Source of the DNA: Octopus bimaculoides
Taxonomy: Eukaryota
Reading direction: 5' to 3'
DNA length: 64,000 nucleotides
Assembly: GCF_001194135.2 (NCBI RefSeq)
Contig: NC_068983.1
Span: forward strand, 143,545,414 to 143,609,413
The translations under genes and the position numbers were made by a program. The notes beneath the pieces are model-generated. The model saw nothing but the letters and a program-made list of their open reading frames with translations. It had not been told where the DNA came from and ran no database searches. Of this stretch, positions 12,894-26,130 are shown one piece after another. How positions within the stretch are numbered: position 1 is the first letter of the stretch; each line of letters starts with the position of its first letter.

Positions 12894-13185
12894 TCATCAT
12901 CATCGTTTAACATCCGCTTTCCATGCTGGCATGGGTTGGACGATTTGACTGAGGATTGGCAAGCCAAAAGGTTGCACCAGGCTCCAATCTGATCTGGCAG
13001 AGTTTCTACAGCTGGATGCCCTTCCTAACGCCAACCACTCCGAGAGTGTAGTGGGTGCTTTTACGTGCCACCGGCACGAGGGCCAGTCACACGGTACTGG
13101 CAATGGCCACACTCAAAAAGGTGTTTTTTACGTGCCACTTGCACGGGAGCCAGTCCAGCAGCACTGGCAACGACCTCGCTCAAAT
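12890..13185 (-). mobile_element. RTE 3'-UTR fragment
   Basis: Shared RTE tail whose (GAT)n end abuts (TA)n. Confidence 0.75.
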
Positions 13186-14999
13186 GATGGAAAAAATAAC
13201 TTGCTAAACCTCCCTCAAATCACTTCTTAACATTTTAAAAATGAAGCGCATACTACATGATATAATTTTAAATATATCAGAATTAAAAACAAAATTGGAT
13301 GGTCACTGCTCAGATGTTTTTGATCAGAACTCTACTCAGACAGAATGACTTGGGGCTAAACAACAACAAGCAATCAGATATAGACTGCATACTGGAGCAA
13401 AAACATGTCCAAACTGTAATACTGCACTCTAAATTATTAACCACTACATGTGCAATATGGTTCTCTGTTAAGTGGAAGCATATCTGGGATGGTTTGTATG
13501 ATCAGTTATGCAGCTCTGGGTTGATCAGAGCTAACCCAGTGCTATTCAACAATTCTAAAAATAACAATAACAATATATATGCTAAACAATCAATATAAAA
13601 CTATCTGCAGTATTGCATTGCAATGATGATCAGACAGGTTAAGTCAAGTCAGTTAATATTGTCATTAATATGGCAATCTATATTGACAATTAATATATTC
13701 TGCCTCTGCTGGCAATTAGTGTATGCACTCTATTTTTGGTGAGGTTATATGCTCATCTGGGTTTCTATGAAGATTCAAATCCTTCAAAGGTTGACTTGGA
13801 CTTTTGTTCTTTTGGAGTTTATATAATAAATACTTAAATTTTCTGGATGTAGCTTTAAACCAACTTCACCCATACCTTAAAATGTTACCCTTATGTCTTA
13901 GTAGGGTGTTATATCTATCATTTGGTTCACATCAACATCCAATTAATACCAACATTGCTATCTGTACTGATGCTGCTATCAGATATAAATCAACTGATTT
14001 AGTCAGCAAATAGTTTCAGTAGTTGTGTTATTTGATAATGACCTGAACTTTATTATGGTAACGTCTGCAACATTCTAAAAACAATAATGGATTGGCAGAA
14101 CAAATTGAATGCTTTGTGATATTTGTTCCAACTCCCTACATTCTGAGTTCAACTTTACCTTTCATCATTTAGGGGTTGTTAGGGGTTGATAGATGAAGTA
14201 CAACTGCAGGTCTAGGTATGATTCTTCTTTCCATGGATTCTACACGCATTTCAAAGATCCAGCCTTGTATCATTTCAAAAAATACGTTTCTATCAGCATG
14301 AAGAATATTGGGATATTTGTGGTTTTCATCACTGTTTACAATTCTGTTCCAAATGTTTTCAAATTTGGTATATGGATTAAGTTTTGTATACTAATTATGA
14401 AAATGAAATTCATTTTTTCCATAAATCCATAATTAAAAAGTTATTAGCCTTTAAAATTTGCAAAATTTGGGTATTTTAGCCAATCAGAAGTGAATATTTT
14501 ACATATCACCATGGCAAAAAATTGTTTCGATAATAACCAAAGATGTTGTGCATGCACAGAAGGAGGAGAAGGAGATACGGAGAAGATAATGTATTTTATA
14601 AAATCCTAGAGTGTATTGCAAACTTTCGTTCTTGAATTTTTTAAACTAATAAATGTCTGTTTTAAGTAATGTTTTGGCTATTATTTCTAGCAACTCCTGT
14701 TGGTTTGTTTGTTTGTAACTTTTAAATATTTAATTTGCTCGCAAATGTTTTAATGTTAACTTCTTTGCTTGTGTATATTTCAATGTTTTGACTGTTATTT
14801 CTAGCAATGTTTTGACATGGCTGTGTTACTTTGGAGGGCAGATCTTCTTTCAGTATTGTGCCAATGTCGTGGTCATTTATTATCTCTTTTGAGTGGGTCA
14901 GCATCTTAAGACAAGTTTAAGTTTTTACTATGTTGCCACATGTCTCCCTGAGTTTCTCACTTCTGCTGGTTCCATTAACCATGAGTGCATGACATTTCT

Positions 15000-16380
15000 T
15001 TTTATACAATTTTAATCACCAACACAATCTTCCCTTTGGTGCACAACTGATTTCTGACATTATTTTTTTCTCTAAGCTCATTTGTACTCCATCATTTGTA
15101 CACACTAAGCTCATTTGTACTCCATCATTTGTACACACTAATATTACACATTAAGTAGAACATCATTGTTCACTTCATTTCATTCTAGTCTTCACCAATA
15201 CTCTGTATTCAAGGCCCATGTTTCACGATTGTGTAATATTACACTTTGCATACAAACATTATAGCCTGCCTTGACTCTGAAAGAGAAACTTTGTTACTAG
15301 CAGAAGTAAAAACTCCCTGATTTTCTCCATTTCCATTCTTACTTTGGCTATTATGTTTTTGAAACAACTACCTCCACTGTTACATAGGTGGCCTAGGTAA
15401 CATACTATCAACTACTTCTTGAGAGCCACCCAGGTATTAGAGATCATCTATTACAAGGGTGCTTCTAGTGCTTACTACAACTATGTATATGAATTTCATC
15501 TCCCCTAGTAGCCTGCCTGTAATTCCACTATAACTCTTGTGTATCAATAGGTTACACTAGCAACATTATAGAGAATTTCTATCTATTCCTTTTCTGTTTA
15601 TTGAACAGGGCTGTTTCCTTGCTGATAGCAGGATCTTGTCTCCTTCCCTACTAATTAAAACTTTAGTCTTTGCTAAATTTACTTTAAGGCCTCTTGATTC
15701 TAGATTCTGATACCAAGTCTGGAATTCTCTAAACCCTGAACAAATTCAGCTATAATTAGTCTTCTGAATACAAGACTTTCCACGGACAATCAGTTTTAAA
15801 CTCCTCTGTTGAGGCCTAGAGGTCATTATTAAACATGAAGAGGCTGAGGACTAAGCCCTGATTGATCCCTATTCACATGCTAAATTCATTGCTGACTCTC
15901 ACCTGTATTTTTGCATGGCTCGAACAACCCTCATAAGCCATTTGTTTCACCTTGTTTTTTTCTTTTGTAATGACCATCAGACTACATAGAAATTGGTCAA
16001 ACACCTTCTTCAAACAAACAAGGTATAGGGGCTTATTCCTAGCTAAGGTCTTTTGCAGTTGCTCACTAGAAAGATTACGGCAGTCACACCTCTTCCAGAT
16101 CCAAAGCTGAACTGTATCACATCTAAGCTAGTTTTTTTTTCCCCAATCAATCTGGCTACTACTCTTTTCTGTAACTTTATCAACCTTGTGCAATAATTAG
16201 ATGCCTCTACAATTTCTCCTTCAAGTGTATCATCTTTGCACTTGTAACAGTTGATACTAATGCTGCTATGCCAGTCAGTGGCTCCAACACCTTCCTATAC
16301 TATCAGATTAAACTATTCAAGAGACTAGCCTGTGCTTGATTCCATGTTGACCAAGAAAGAGAAAGGCAGGACTGATAGAT
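15000..16380 (-). mobile_element. Degenerate RTE ORF2 fragment
   Basis: Reverse-strand remnants matching the RT/C-terminal segments of the clearer RTE copies (e.g. the KGLKVNLAKTKVL-like segment). Includes a 33-bp tandem duplication at ~15074-15140. Confidence 0.55.
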
Positions 16381-17945
16381 TTTGGTACCGGTGTTGCTAC
16401 GGGGGACAAAAAACGTAAAGTACTGAAATTAATTCTGCAAGGTACTTCGTAGGACGTTCTAGCAATTCCGCCAATGCACCGTCTGGCATGGATACTTTAT
16501 TTATCGATCCGAAGGAATGGCAAAAGTGACTTCGGCAGGATTTGAAATCAGAGCTTTCTAACGACTGCCAATACACCTTATCCCGGTTCATCCATCGACT
16601 CAAGGGTGTGATGTCGAGACGGTGCTTGTGTCTGCTCGCGACTATATGGGCACCTAAAACTGCTAAAAGAAAGCATGGTGCATGTTGGTACTAAATCAAA
16701 CTTGATAGCAATAGCCGTACTTATATGAATACATGCATAGATAATATGCAATTCATATGTACATTTATAAGTGTAACACGAACGTATATTTAAAACAATC
16801 TTTTATTGCAACCACAAAATAACATCAAATTACAATGCTATAAACAAGTAAAACAGAGTATAAAACATCTATGGTCAAAGGGTCCGTGACAAAACATCAA
16901 AACTGGCGACTGTGGACAAAGAAAGTGATTCTTATAACTTAATCAACAAAATAATTAATAAAGAGAAACATTCTCATAAGAAAGTGCGTGTATGTATATA
17001 TATGTGTATNNNNNNNNNNNNNNNNNNNNNNNNNNNNNNNNNNNNNNNNNNNNNNNNNNNNNNNNNNNNNNNNNNNNNNNNNNNNNNNNNNNNNNNNNNN
17101 NNNNNNNNNNNNNNNNNNNNNNNNNNNNNNNNNNNNNNNNNNNNNNNNNNNTGTATGTTATCTGAACATATTCAACCACATAAATGTATGTATATTAAAC
17201 ATATCTTCCAGTGTCCTATTACAGGCAATTTTATTCATAACAAATGCCATAAATATAAGTTTTACACATCTATTATATAATATCTCACTAAAATAACATT
17301 TTGCTAATAATATATATATAGCATACTCATATTTAAAGATTCCAAATGAAAGTATACCAGATGTAAAAAAAAAACAGAAAAAAACCCCCAGAAATATGTG
17401 TGTAAGCAATTTCTGTCTAGTCAGTTTTTAACAGAAGGAACAATGTGTAGTAGTTTACCGGCTATGTTACACGTTGGAGCGGCTGCTAACTGGTCTGTCA
17501 CTCTCTCAGAAGCGGCTCTCGCAAACAGCCTTATCTGTTGATAAAAATCACAGAAACGAAACTACACAATATCTTTTTCCATCTTAAGTAAAGTCATTTC
17601 TACACAATCGGAATGAGTAAAACGAAAAAGAAGACGCAGAATAACAACGAACAGCCGAAACATGCTAAAAAGTCCGGAGTTACTGGTAAATATTTTCCTA
17701 ACGCACCTAGAGAAAAAAAAGTAAAAAAAAAACTCTTCGCTTAAGTGACACGTCAGTTAAAGTGTTCTCTCAAGTAATGGCACCCTAGTTTCTTGCTTGC
17801 CTCCCTTACAATAATTAGACATAATCTTCTGTTTATGTGTATATACATAGAATATTTTTTTGATATATATATATATATATATANNNNNNNNNNNNNNNNN
17901 NNNNNNNNNNNNNNNNNNNNNNNTATCTATCTATCTATCTATCTA

Positions 17946-17981
<36 letters not shown>

Positions 17982-18991
17982 TGTGTATATATGTATATAA
18001 CGTTTACACACATATCTATCTATCTATATATATGCTTACACACGTGTAACGCGTACATAATACATGCATACATAAGTACACGTGTGTCATTTAAACCCGG
18101 TTTCTATGTTTCCTTGTCTATCTTGTATTCAGTGTTTTATTACATTGTACATCACTAATGTTTTGTGTCTTGTGTGCCCTTGGAGCAATTAAATCATAAT
18201 TGGTACTTGCAGATTAATTTTTTTTACCATCGTTATTTCATTACATTATCTGTCTATCCTATTCAACTAATGCTCAACCTTTTTTTTTAATTATCCAAAT
18301 ATATACATATATATATATAACTTTAAATCGAAGTAGTTGTAGACATGAGTTTTTTTCTGATGTTGCTAACATAGAATTGTTTCTATACGCAACAGATTAT
18401 CGGCAACTGCCGGCATTCAGTTTAAGCTCGGTTACAATTTTCAAATTCCTATAAAGACCGATCTGTTGCCTTCGTTATTCTCCGATTAAGATATGTATTA
18501 ATAATTTTCAAATTTTCTCTAGGATAACACGAAATTAAATTGATAACAAGGCATGTTTGTACGTTTTAATTTCAGGCCTTTTTGTGTCCCTCTCTCTTCT
18601 TTTCATTAACTGCTGATAATTAGTGTTGTTGTCAATCAGCTGTAACAAAGGTTGTTTATCAACTTTCATCTGATTACTTCGTGTTTCATCTCAAAAAGGA
18701 AAATGTAAAATAAAACAATTGCATTAGATGGATTAACTTTGAAATAATTTAATATTCATAAAAATTCGAAACTTTTTAAAGTGGAAATCCAAACTGTTAT
18801 GATTTTTTATAAATCCAATTTTTAGCGTCAAACAGAATTGAGTTGTTGGATTATGTATTCGCTACAAATTAAGTAAAAGTAGGCCAGACAGGCGACTGCA
18901 CTTTTCTCTTGGGTTGTGTTTTATGATTTAGTGAAAGTAGGAAGGGCGGAGCCCATGACCTTTGCAGGATCTCCGACACAGGTTGTGTATA

Positions 18992-19300
18992 AAAAAAAGA
19001 AACCACGACTCATGGTTTGCTGTTAACCATGATCTTTGTCAGTAACCCACCTGGGAGTCCGATGCCACGCCTGGGCCTGTCAGCAAATAGGGCAGCTTTT
19101 CGGAATTCTGTTGTGTCGGGTGATGAACACCCGTTGGAGAGGCAGTTCAGACTGTACCCTCTCGCAAACATACACTACGTGATTAAATAGGCTGTAAGAA
19201 GCAGCGCATGAGAATACCTCGTTATCCTTAAGCCAGAGACCTAGTCCAAATACTTCGCAACACAGTGAACTCAAAAGTACTCTTAGGATCAGATGGCGGT
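18992..19300 (-). ncRNA. Candidate structured non-coding RNA of unknown family
   Basis: Several perfect hairpins, additional helices that need G-U pairs only on the minus strand, a 3' TTTCTTTTTTTT run and a TATA-like element ~25 nt upstream. It lacks the hallmark motifs of RNase P/MRP, 7SK, SRP, U3 and telomerase RNA as far as I can tell. Confidence 0.35.
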
Positions 19301-19706
19301 ATTAAATGGGGCGACGAAATATATGCTCGTTATTCGCTATATGATTTACTTTTCTTTATTTAGCATTTTACTCTAAACTAAGATGATGTTAATAATGAAG
19401 ACAATGGCTACGATAAAGATGATATTTCTATCCTTATAACCCACGAATAATATGAAGGCACGTCACTCAAACACCGGTATGACTGGGCTTACTTACAGAA
19501 GGAGAGAACAATTTAGAACGAGTAACCCATTTAAAAAAGATTTTTTTTTTGCTCTTTCGATCTTCGTGAGTGAATGTTTTGCACGGTAAATTAACCTGAA
19601 AACTCAATAATGAATATAGTTTTCAGGTTATATAACATAATGTGAAAGTTAGCAATCATTATTGATATATTTAACATCACTGTGTATGTTTAGAATTAAA
19701 TAGTTT

Positions 19707-19766
<60 letters not shown>

Positions 19767-19802
19767 TCGAATTTGTGTGACTGTGTATAGAATAATATAT
19801 TA

Positions 19803-19905
19803 GTTGAATAAAGTTAAAACAGTCTGGTTTTCACATTTTTATTATGTTATTTCATAATACCATAATGAAAAACGTGAAAACCAGGCTGTATTAACTTTAT
19901 TCAAC
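19803..19905. repeat. Short palindromic element (~44-bp arms, ~14-nt spacer)
   Basis: GTTGAATAAAGTTAAAACAGTCTGGTTTTCAC... pairs with ...GTGAAAACCAGGCTGTATTAACTTTATTCAAC with few mismatches. Confidence 0.8.
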
Positions 19906-21559
19906 ACACACTCACACATATATATATACATACATAAACCGGCCTTACCTAACTTTAATGTATATGTGTGTGTGTATGGTGGGTTATCTAAAATGTAAGG
20001 AGTAAAGTCATATTAGAATTCTTAAGTTTATGTATGTCTGCGAAAAGAGCAAATCCAGGTTTCACCATCCCGTAACTGACACACACAGATATGTGTGAGT
20101 CAATTGTTTTAACTATTTAGATGAATTATAAGACACTAAAATAACGATGAAATTTTTCACATATTGTGTTATTTTCGGTAATGTAACGAACTTTCTCTTA
20201 TAATATGCACTCCATGGTTCACTTACGTTACATTGTCCTTCAGAAAAGGCATAGACGTCACACAATCTCGTGTCCCCATTCCCCACACTTCTAAAGTCTT
20301 ATGCCTATGTTTAAGATTAGTATTTCTATAAAACTTTTTCGTAAATGGAAACTTTCGCTTTTTTTTTCTTTCCATTAAACAGCGAATCAATTTACCTTTA
20401 ATAATGTTTGCTTTATTTCTTTCCTAATTTCTGCAAAGTCTTTGTATAATCGGAATCATATGATTCTAGCAAATATTTCGTTGGGTAGATCGAATGGGAA
20501 AGCACCCTCTAACTATAACCCTTACACATATAGAACATGTCACGATGGGGAGAGTATTTTAATAACCATTTTATTGGGATATATTTTTACTTTGCTGTTT
20601 CAGCAGAAAATATTTCTCCCCTCATTCTTGTAACGCTGTTTCTTTCACACGTGTGTTGAGATTAAACTGTCGTTGTTGGAGACTTTCGAAATACTCGTCT
20701 GAGAAAGAGTGCGAGAGATGTGTTTGGGGTGGGCGACAAAAGTTCATATGAATATCATTTACCATTCGTAGGAATTGAGCTTATTCTCTCTCTCTCTCTT
20801 TCGTTACAATATCGTGTATAAAATATTTTCATACAAACAGCAATCTTAGGATTAATTAAAAAACTGGATTTAGCCTGAATACTGAAAAATTGTCTTTTTC
20901 TATTTTTTTTTCTTCAAATATAAATATATCAACGTATGTAAATATATCAATAAAAGATGTGAAGAAGAGGCTGAAATAGGGGATAGTATTATTTTATAAT
21001 TGTGGTTGAGAGAGGAAAATAAACATTTCTATTAGTAGATATATCGGAAGGACGAGCATCGAAACTTGCTGGATAGATAGAAATAAACCAACAGCTGTAA
21101 AAAGAAATGGTTAAGTAGCGAACTCTTCAGGTGTAAAAGTAGTAATACTAAAGATGAATTGTTGGTTAGTAATAGTATTATTACACAAATTAGTGGATGT
21201 ATTCTTGTCAATTTATCCATTTTGCGATATCAAGGTGACAAACTGCTTTTGATGATATTCTTAACAAACACAGTTCTTGTTAAGGAATTTTCATGGTAAA
21301 ATACAAAGGAAGTTTTCTTTGCCGTCCAGATATGTATTACAAGATACCAACTTGTCAGAGATGCAAACAAGTTTACACTTACCTGAGCACTCAAATCATA
21401 AAGAACCAAGTAAAATACAGCAAAGCATTTTATTCAATGCTGTAAGAAATCCACCAATTGTTACATTATTTTATCAAACCTTGAAGAATAAGAAGCAATG
21501 CTGACTTTGGTGGGATTTGAACTCAGAATGTAAGAACCAATATTGTAAGGTATTAGCTT

Positions 21560-21985
21560 TTGGGTTCAGTCCCACTGCGTGGCACCTGGGCAAGTGTCTT
21601 CTACTATAACCTCAGACCGACCAAAGCCTTGTGAGTGGTTTTGGCAGAGAGAAACTGAAAGAAGCCCATCGTATATGTGCAGGAGTGACTTTTTACATAT
21701 GTATATATATANNNNNNNNNNNNNNNNNNNNNNNNNNNNNNNNNNNNNNNNNNNNNNNNNNNNNNNNNNNNNNNNNNNNNNNNNNNNNNNNNNNNNNNNN
21801 GTCTCCACCACCATTGCTTGACAACCAATGTTGGCATGTTTATGTCCCTGTAACTTAGCAGTTTGGCAAAAGAGACCAACAGAATAAGTACTTGGCTTAC
21901 AAAGAATAAGTCTTGGGGTCGGTTTGTTCGACTAAAGGCGGTGCTCCAGCATGGCTGCAGTCAAATGACTGAAACAAATAAATGA
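21560..21985 (+). mobile_element. CORE-like tRNA SINE with internal microsatellite (gap inside)
   Basis: GGGTTCAGTCCCACTGCGTGGCACCTGGGCAAGTGTCTTCTACTATA...AAAGAAGCCC...GGTGCTCCAGCATGGCTGCAGTCAAATGACTGAAAC. Related copies at 4285-4450(-), 12291-12465(-), 27735-28095 and ~52120-52350. Confidence 0.7.
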
Positions 21986-21986
21986 A

Positions 21987-22049
<63 letters not shown>

Positions 22050-22329
22050 GTTTGTGAATGTGAGTGTATTTTTGTGTTTCCTTGTCTTTATATCATGTGA
22101 CTGCTTTAAATGAGTAGCATTCGTTTCCAATTTTCTGCAAAAACCTGTCTGACCATGGAGAAATATTACTTGAAAACAGGTGAGGGTTGGCTACTGGAAA
22201 GGCATCCAGTCATACAAAATTTGTGTCAAAAACAATGATACACACGTGTGTATGTGTATGTATGTATTTTGAATCGTCGGGCAACACACCGTGCTTGAAA
22301 AGACATACTGAGTCAAGTATAATCAAAAT

Positions 22330-23800
22330 CACAGTCAGAATCTCAATCAAATTGAAATCAAAATGGAAATTATCGTTGTGGCCGATGCCAGTGCCGCCTG
22401 ACTGGCATCCATGCTAGTGACATGCAATAAGCACCATTCATACGTGGGTCAATGCTAGTAGAGTCAACGATGATATGCTGACATAGAAAAAGCATTTGAC
22501 AGGGTCCCCCACTCCCTTATCTGGTGGCCATTGCAGAAATTAGGGATAGTGGAGTAGCTGGTGAGAGCTGTACAAGCTATGCACAGGGAGGCTGTCAGTA
22601 AGGTGAGGGTTGGCAATGGGTATAGTGAATTTAGTGTGCAAGTAGTCCATCAAGGACCAGTCCTCAGCCCCCTTGTTCTTCATAATGCTCTAGGCAATAA
22701 CATAGAAATTTAAGTCAGGTTACCCTTGGGAGCTCCTTTATACTGATGAGCTTGTTCTTATATCTGAATCACCACCAGAAGTGGAGAAAAATTTTAGTAA
22801 TAAAAGCAGGGTTTGGAATCAATGGGCCTCAGAGTTAATTTAGTGAAAACCAAAGTCTTAGTAAGTAGGAAAGCAGACAAATCACAAATCCCTTCAAGTA
22901 GATAGCTCTGCTCAATATGTAGAAAAAGTATAGGTAGACACTTTATAAGGTGTACCCAGTGTAAGCTATGGACGCATAAGAGCTGCAGCTATATCAGAGG
23001 AAGGTTAACAGGGAAAATAGTCTTTGTGTGTGGCAGATGCACAGGTACAATAAATACTAGAAATATACAGAAAATAGACTTCATTAAATGCCAGTGGGGG
23101 TACCTAGAAGTAATTGATAGCTTTCGTTATCCAGGTGATCAAGTCAGCAGTGGGGGTGGATGCTCCAAGAGTGTAGCTGTTGAATAAAAATACGGCTGAG
23201 CAAAGTTCAGAAAGCTTCTACTTTTGTTGGTAACAGAGGGCTTTTCCCGCAGAGAGAAAGGCAGATTGTATGATGCCTGTATGTGAACAGCCATGCTACA
23301 TGGCAATGAAACATGGGCTATGACTACAGAGGACATGCAAAGGCATGAAAGAAATGAATTTAGTATGCTCTGCTGGATGTGCATGTACAACAGAATGTAA
23401 GCATCTTGAGGGGAAAATTAGACAAGGTGATGAAGTATGATCTTCAAATGTGGGGTCTCATGGAAGTGATGACAAGTGATCATGTCCTTTGGCAATTTGC
23501 TGAGAAAACTCGTCAAGCCAAGTGAAATCAGAGTTGTGACTAATGCCAGTGACATGTAAAAGCACCCATGCTGGTGACATGTAAAAGCATCCTTGCTGGT
23601 GACACATAAAAGCACCCATGCTGGTAAAAGACACTCACTACACTCTCAGAGTAGTTGGTGTTAGGAAGGGTAGGCATCCAGTCTTAGAAACCAAACCAAA
23701 GTCTGACCAGATTGTGGTGCAGCTCTCTGACTTGCCATTTTGAGTCAAACCGTCTAACCCATGCCAGCATAAAAAGTGGATATTAAATAATGATGATATA
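22330..23800 (+). mobile_element. Degenerate RTE LINE 3' half
   Basis: EKAFDR, QG.VLSP, degenerate YADD (TATACTGATGAG), Cys-rich finger, LYDACV..AMLHG.ETW and the RTE tail. Confidence 0.8.
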
Positions 23801-24949
23801 TATCATAAGAAACAGGTATAATTGTGAAGTAAGGCATTGGAGTACCAGTTTATAAGCTCAAATCTGCAGCAGATGTTTTGATGTAGTTTTAGGTCACAAT
23901 ACTTTATTCTGAGCTCTACAGTTGAACCAATCATCTTGAAACATTATCAGCTCAATTTAACTTTAGTTTGTTTTAATACCAAGAAATATTTACCTCCTTT
24001 TCCATTCACCAACAAACTTAACTTTCTGAGTTCCCAAATTATCTATTCTAATTTATCTTTCATAGTATCTGTGTGAGACTGGCAAAAAAAAAAGAAACCA
24101 CAAAGAAAATATAACAGTTTTTGACTTGATTTTAGTGATGTATAATACTAGTGGCAGCAGCAGTGAAGTAGAAGGATAGGAAAAATAAGAACTACAAAAA
24201 GCTTGCTACACCATATAATTTTGTTCTTGAAAGCTACTAATTCGAAGCAATTATATAGAATCCATACATAATCATTATTTTTCAGTACTCTTATTTTGTT
24301 TATATATTGTTTAGAGTGTCATTCTCATTCAAAATTAAATATCATTAGAAAATTATAGTCTCTCAGTTCATATGATCATAAGATTGATTAATTATCACCC
24401 ATATCATATTGTAATTGAGAAAAAAAAAACATATAACAATCCAGGTTCAGTGCATGGAATAATGAAATGTGATATTTAGTTGTACCAAGGAGCATATATC
24501 CTGTCACGCAACTTGCTTCAAAAAGTTGCCAAATTTCTCTCAAATCATACCCCATTGTCTTTTTTAAAAAAAATTGATAAAAAAAAGTTGTGGTGATCAT
24601 GACTAGAATGCCTTTGCTGATAGATCAGTTTGGTCAGAGTTGACAGGGGCCAAACAGCCAACGAGTGACAGAAGAATACTTTGGATAATTTTGTGTTAGA
24701 TACCCTGACTAAAAGGCAATGGGTATGACAAATGGGTTGTCTTTCACCATAGGTCTGCTTGATCAAAACTGATCTTGAGCTACACAACAATACACTGAAT
24801 CTTATATTATGTTTGGTAAAAATAAAAAAATAAGGATTGCCTTTGATCATAGTTCTTTCCAATCAAGACTGACATAGCGCTAAATAGCAACAGCATGAAA
24901 GTAACCAGAAGAAGTGGTTTTTATTTAATTACAGTCTTAGAAATAGCCT

Positions 24950-26110
24950 ATGTTTTTATTATACTACTATTTGTTTGCCAACAAACATAGGACTGCTGTC
25001 TCACCCATTTGCCAGAAAGATAGGGATCTGATAGATTTGCCAGAAATGACAGGGATCTTGCATAAACAATATTGCCCCTGTCTTTGGTAATCCCACTGGT
25101 TTGATTTAGACTGTTTCCATGAAGTCAACCACCAACATATCTCTGGCATAATTTTCAGGGCCTTAGACATCATTGCAGCAATAAATGAAATCAAGCCTTA
25201 CTTTACAGTAGGCCCTAATAGATTCTCTGTTAGTGTCCTGAAGGAATGTAGACACCAGCATGCATCCCTTCTAATTAACTTCTAGAGAAAATCATTAGAC
25301 TCAGGCATTTCTTATCCCAAGAAATAGATCTCTTGCAATTAACTATTGCCCAATCTCACTCTTCTCTCATTTCATCAAAGTACTTGAAAGGGTGGTGAGA
25401 CCAAGAATAATTGGCTTCCTGAAGAGTAACAATCTCCTAAATTCTAACCCACATGGCTTTTTATTGTGGCAGGGACTACCTAACACAGCTTTGCACCAAT
25501 TTGATGACATCCTAAAAGCTTTAGAAGAAAGTTCAAAACTGATGGTTATATATATCTTGACTTCAGCAAAGCCTTTAACAAAGGTGACCACATCTTATTG
25601 TTAAAACTATCCAACATTGTAATCTTTGAAAAGCTGCTGTACAGGACTAAGTGTTTCCTGATGAGCAGAACCCAACATACTGTGATTGATGGTGCCCAGT
25701 CAAGCCAAAACGAAAGTCACCAGTAGTGTTTCTGTAAAGATCTGTATTGGGCCCACTTGCCTTCTTAGTGTATACAATAGTTCAAATGTCATCAAGCACA
25801 GTAAAATGAAAACACTGAAACTCTTTTCTCTCTAACATTACCAGGAGCACCACATCATTTTCACAATGTTGAGAATATATCACCAGTATTACCCAAATAA
25901 CCTTAACAAGTATCCAAGACTGGGATCCAATGCCATGCACCCTCTGAACAAATTAGGCTGACAACACAACCACTTTGCAACATAATTACCTTCCTTCAAA
26001 CAGCTCTCCTCTATTAAAAGTTAATAAATCAAACCTCAGAAAGATCCCATAACCTTCAAGGGATCCACAACAGCCCACCTATACCTGGATAGATCTCTCA
26101 ACAATAACTT
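24950..26110 (+). mobile_element. CR1/L2-type LINE fragment
   Basis: NYCPISL...KVLERVVRPRIIGFLKSNNLLNSNPHGF...YLDFSKAFNK motifs with frameshifts. Confidence 0.75.
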
Positions 26111-26130
26111 CCTACTTGTAAGGGCTATGA

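Larger units (their letters stand above)
16380..21300. promoter_or_regulatory. CpG-retaining, repeat-poor zone; probable promoter/first-exon region
   Basis: CG dinucleotides are visibly more frequent than in the flanks, even inside SINE remnants. GC box GGGCGG at 18944; CACGTCA motifs near 17751 and 19459. Confidence 0.45.

Noticed and set aside
14200-14900. Open minus-strand frames (FENIWNRIV...; MLTHSKEII...)
   Set aside because: No recognisable homology or consistent splice sites; possibly DNA-transposon remnant.
19006-19100. HDV-like ribozyme reading on the + strand (P1 GACTC/GAGTC, P3 CAG/CTG, J4/2 GCAAA)
   Set aside because: L3 (UAACCCAC) lacks the conserved CNCG, there is no GG for P1.1, P1 is only 5 bp and P2 is weak.
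19140-19160. TTCAGACT resembling RNase P CR-V/P4, and GGCCCAGG resembling SRP helix 8
   Set aside because: The partner motifs are missing, and the TTCAGACT is tied up in a local hairpin.
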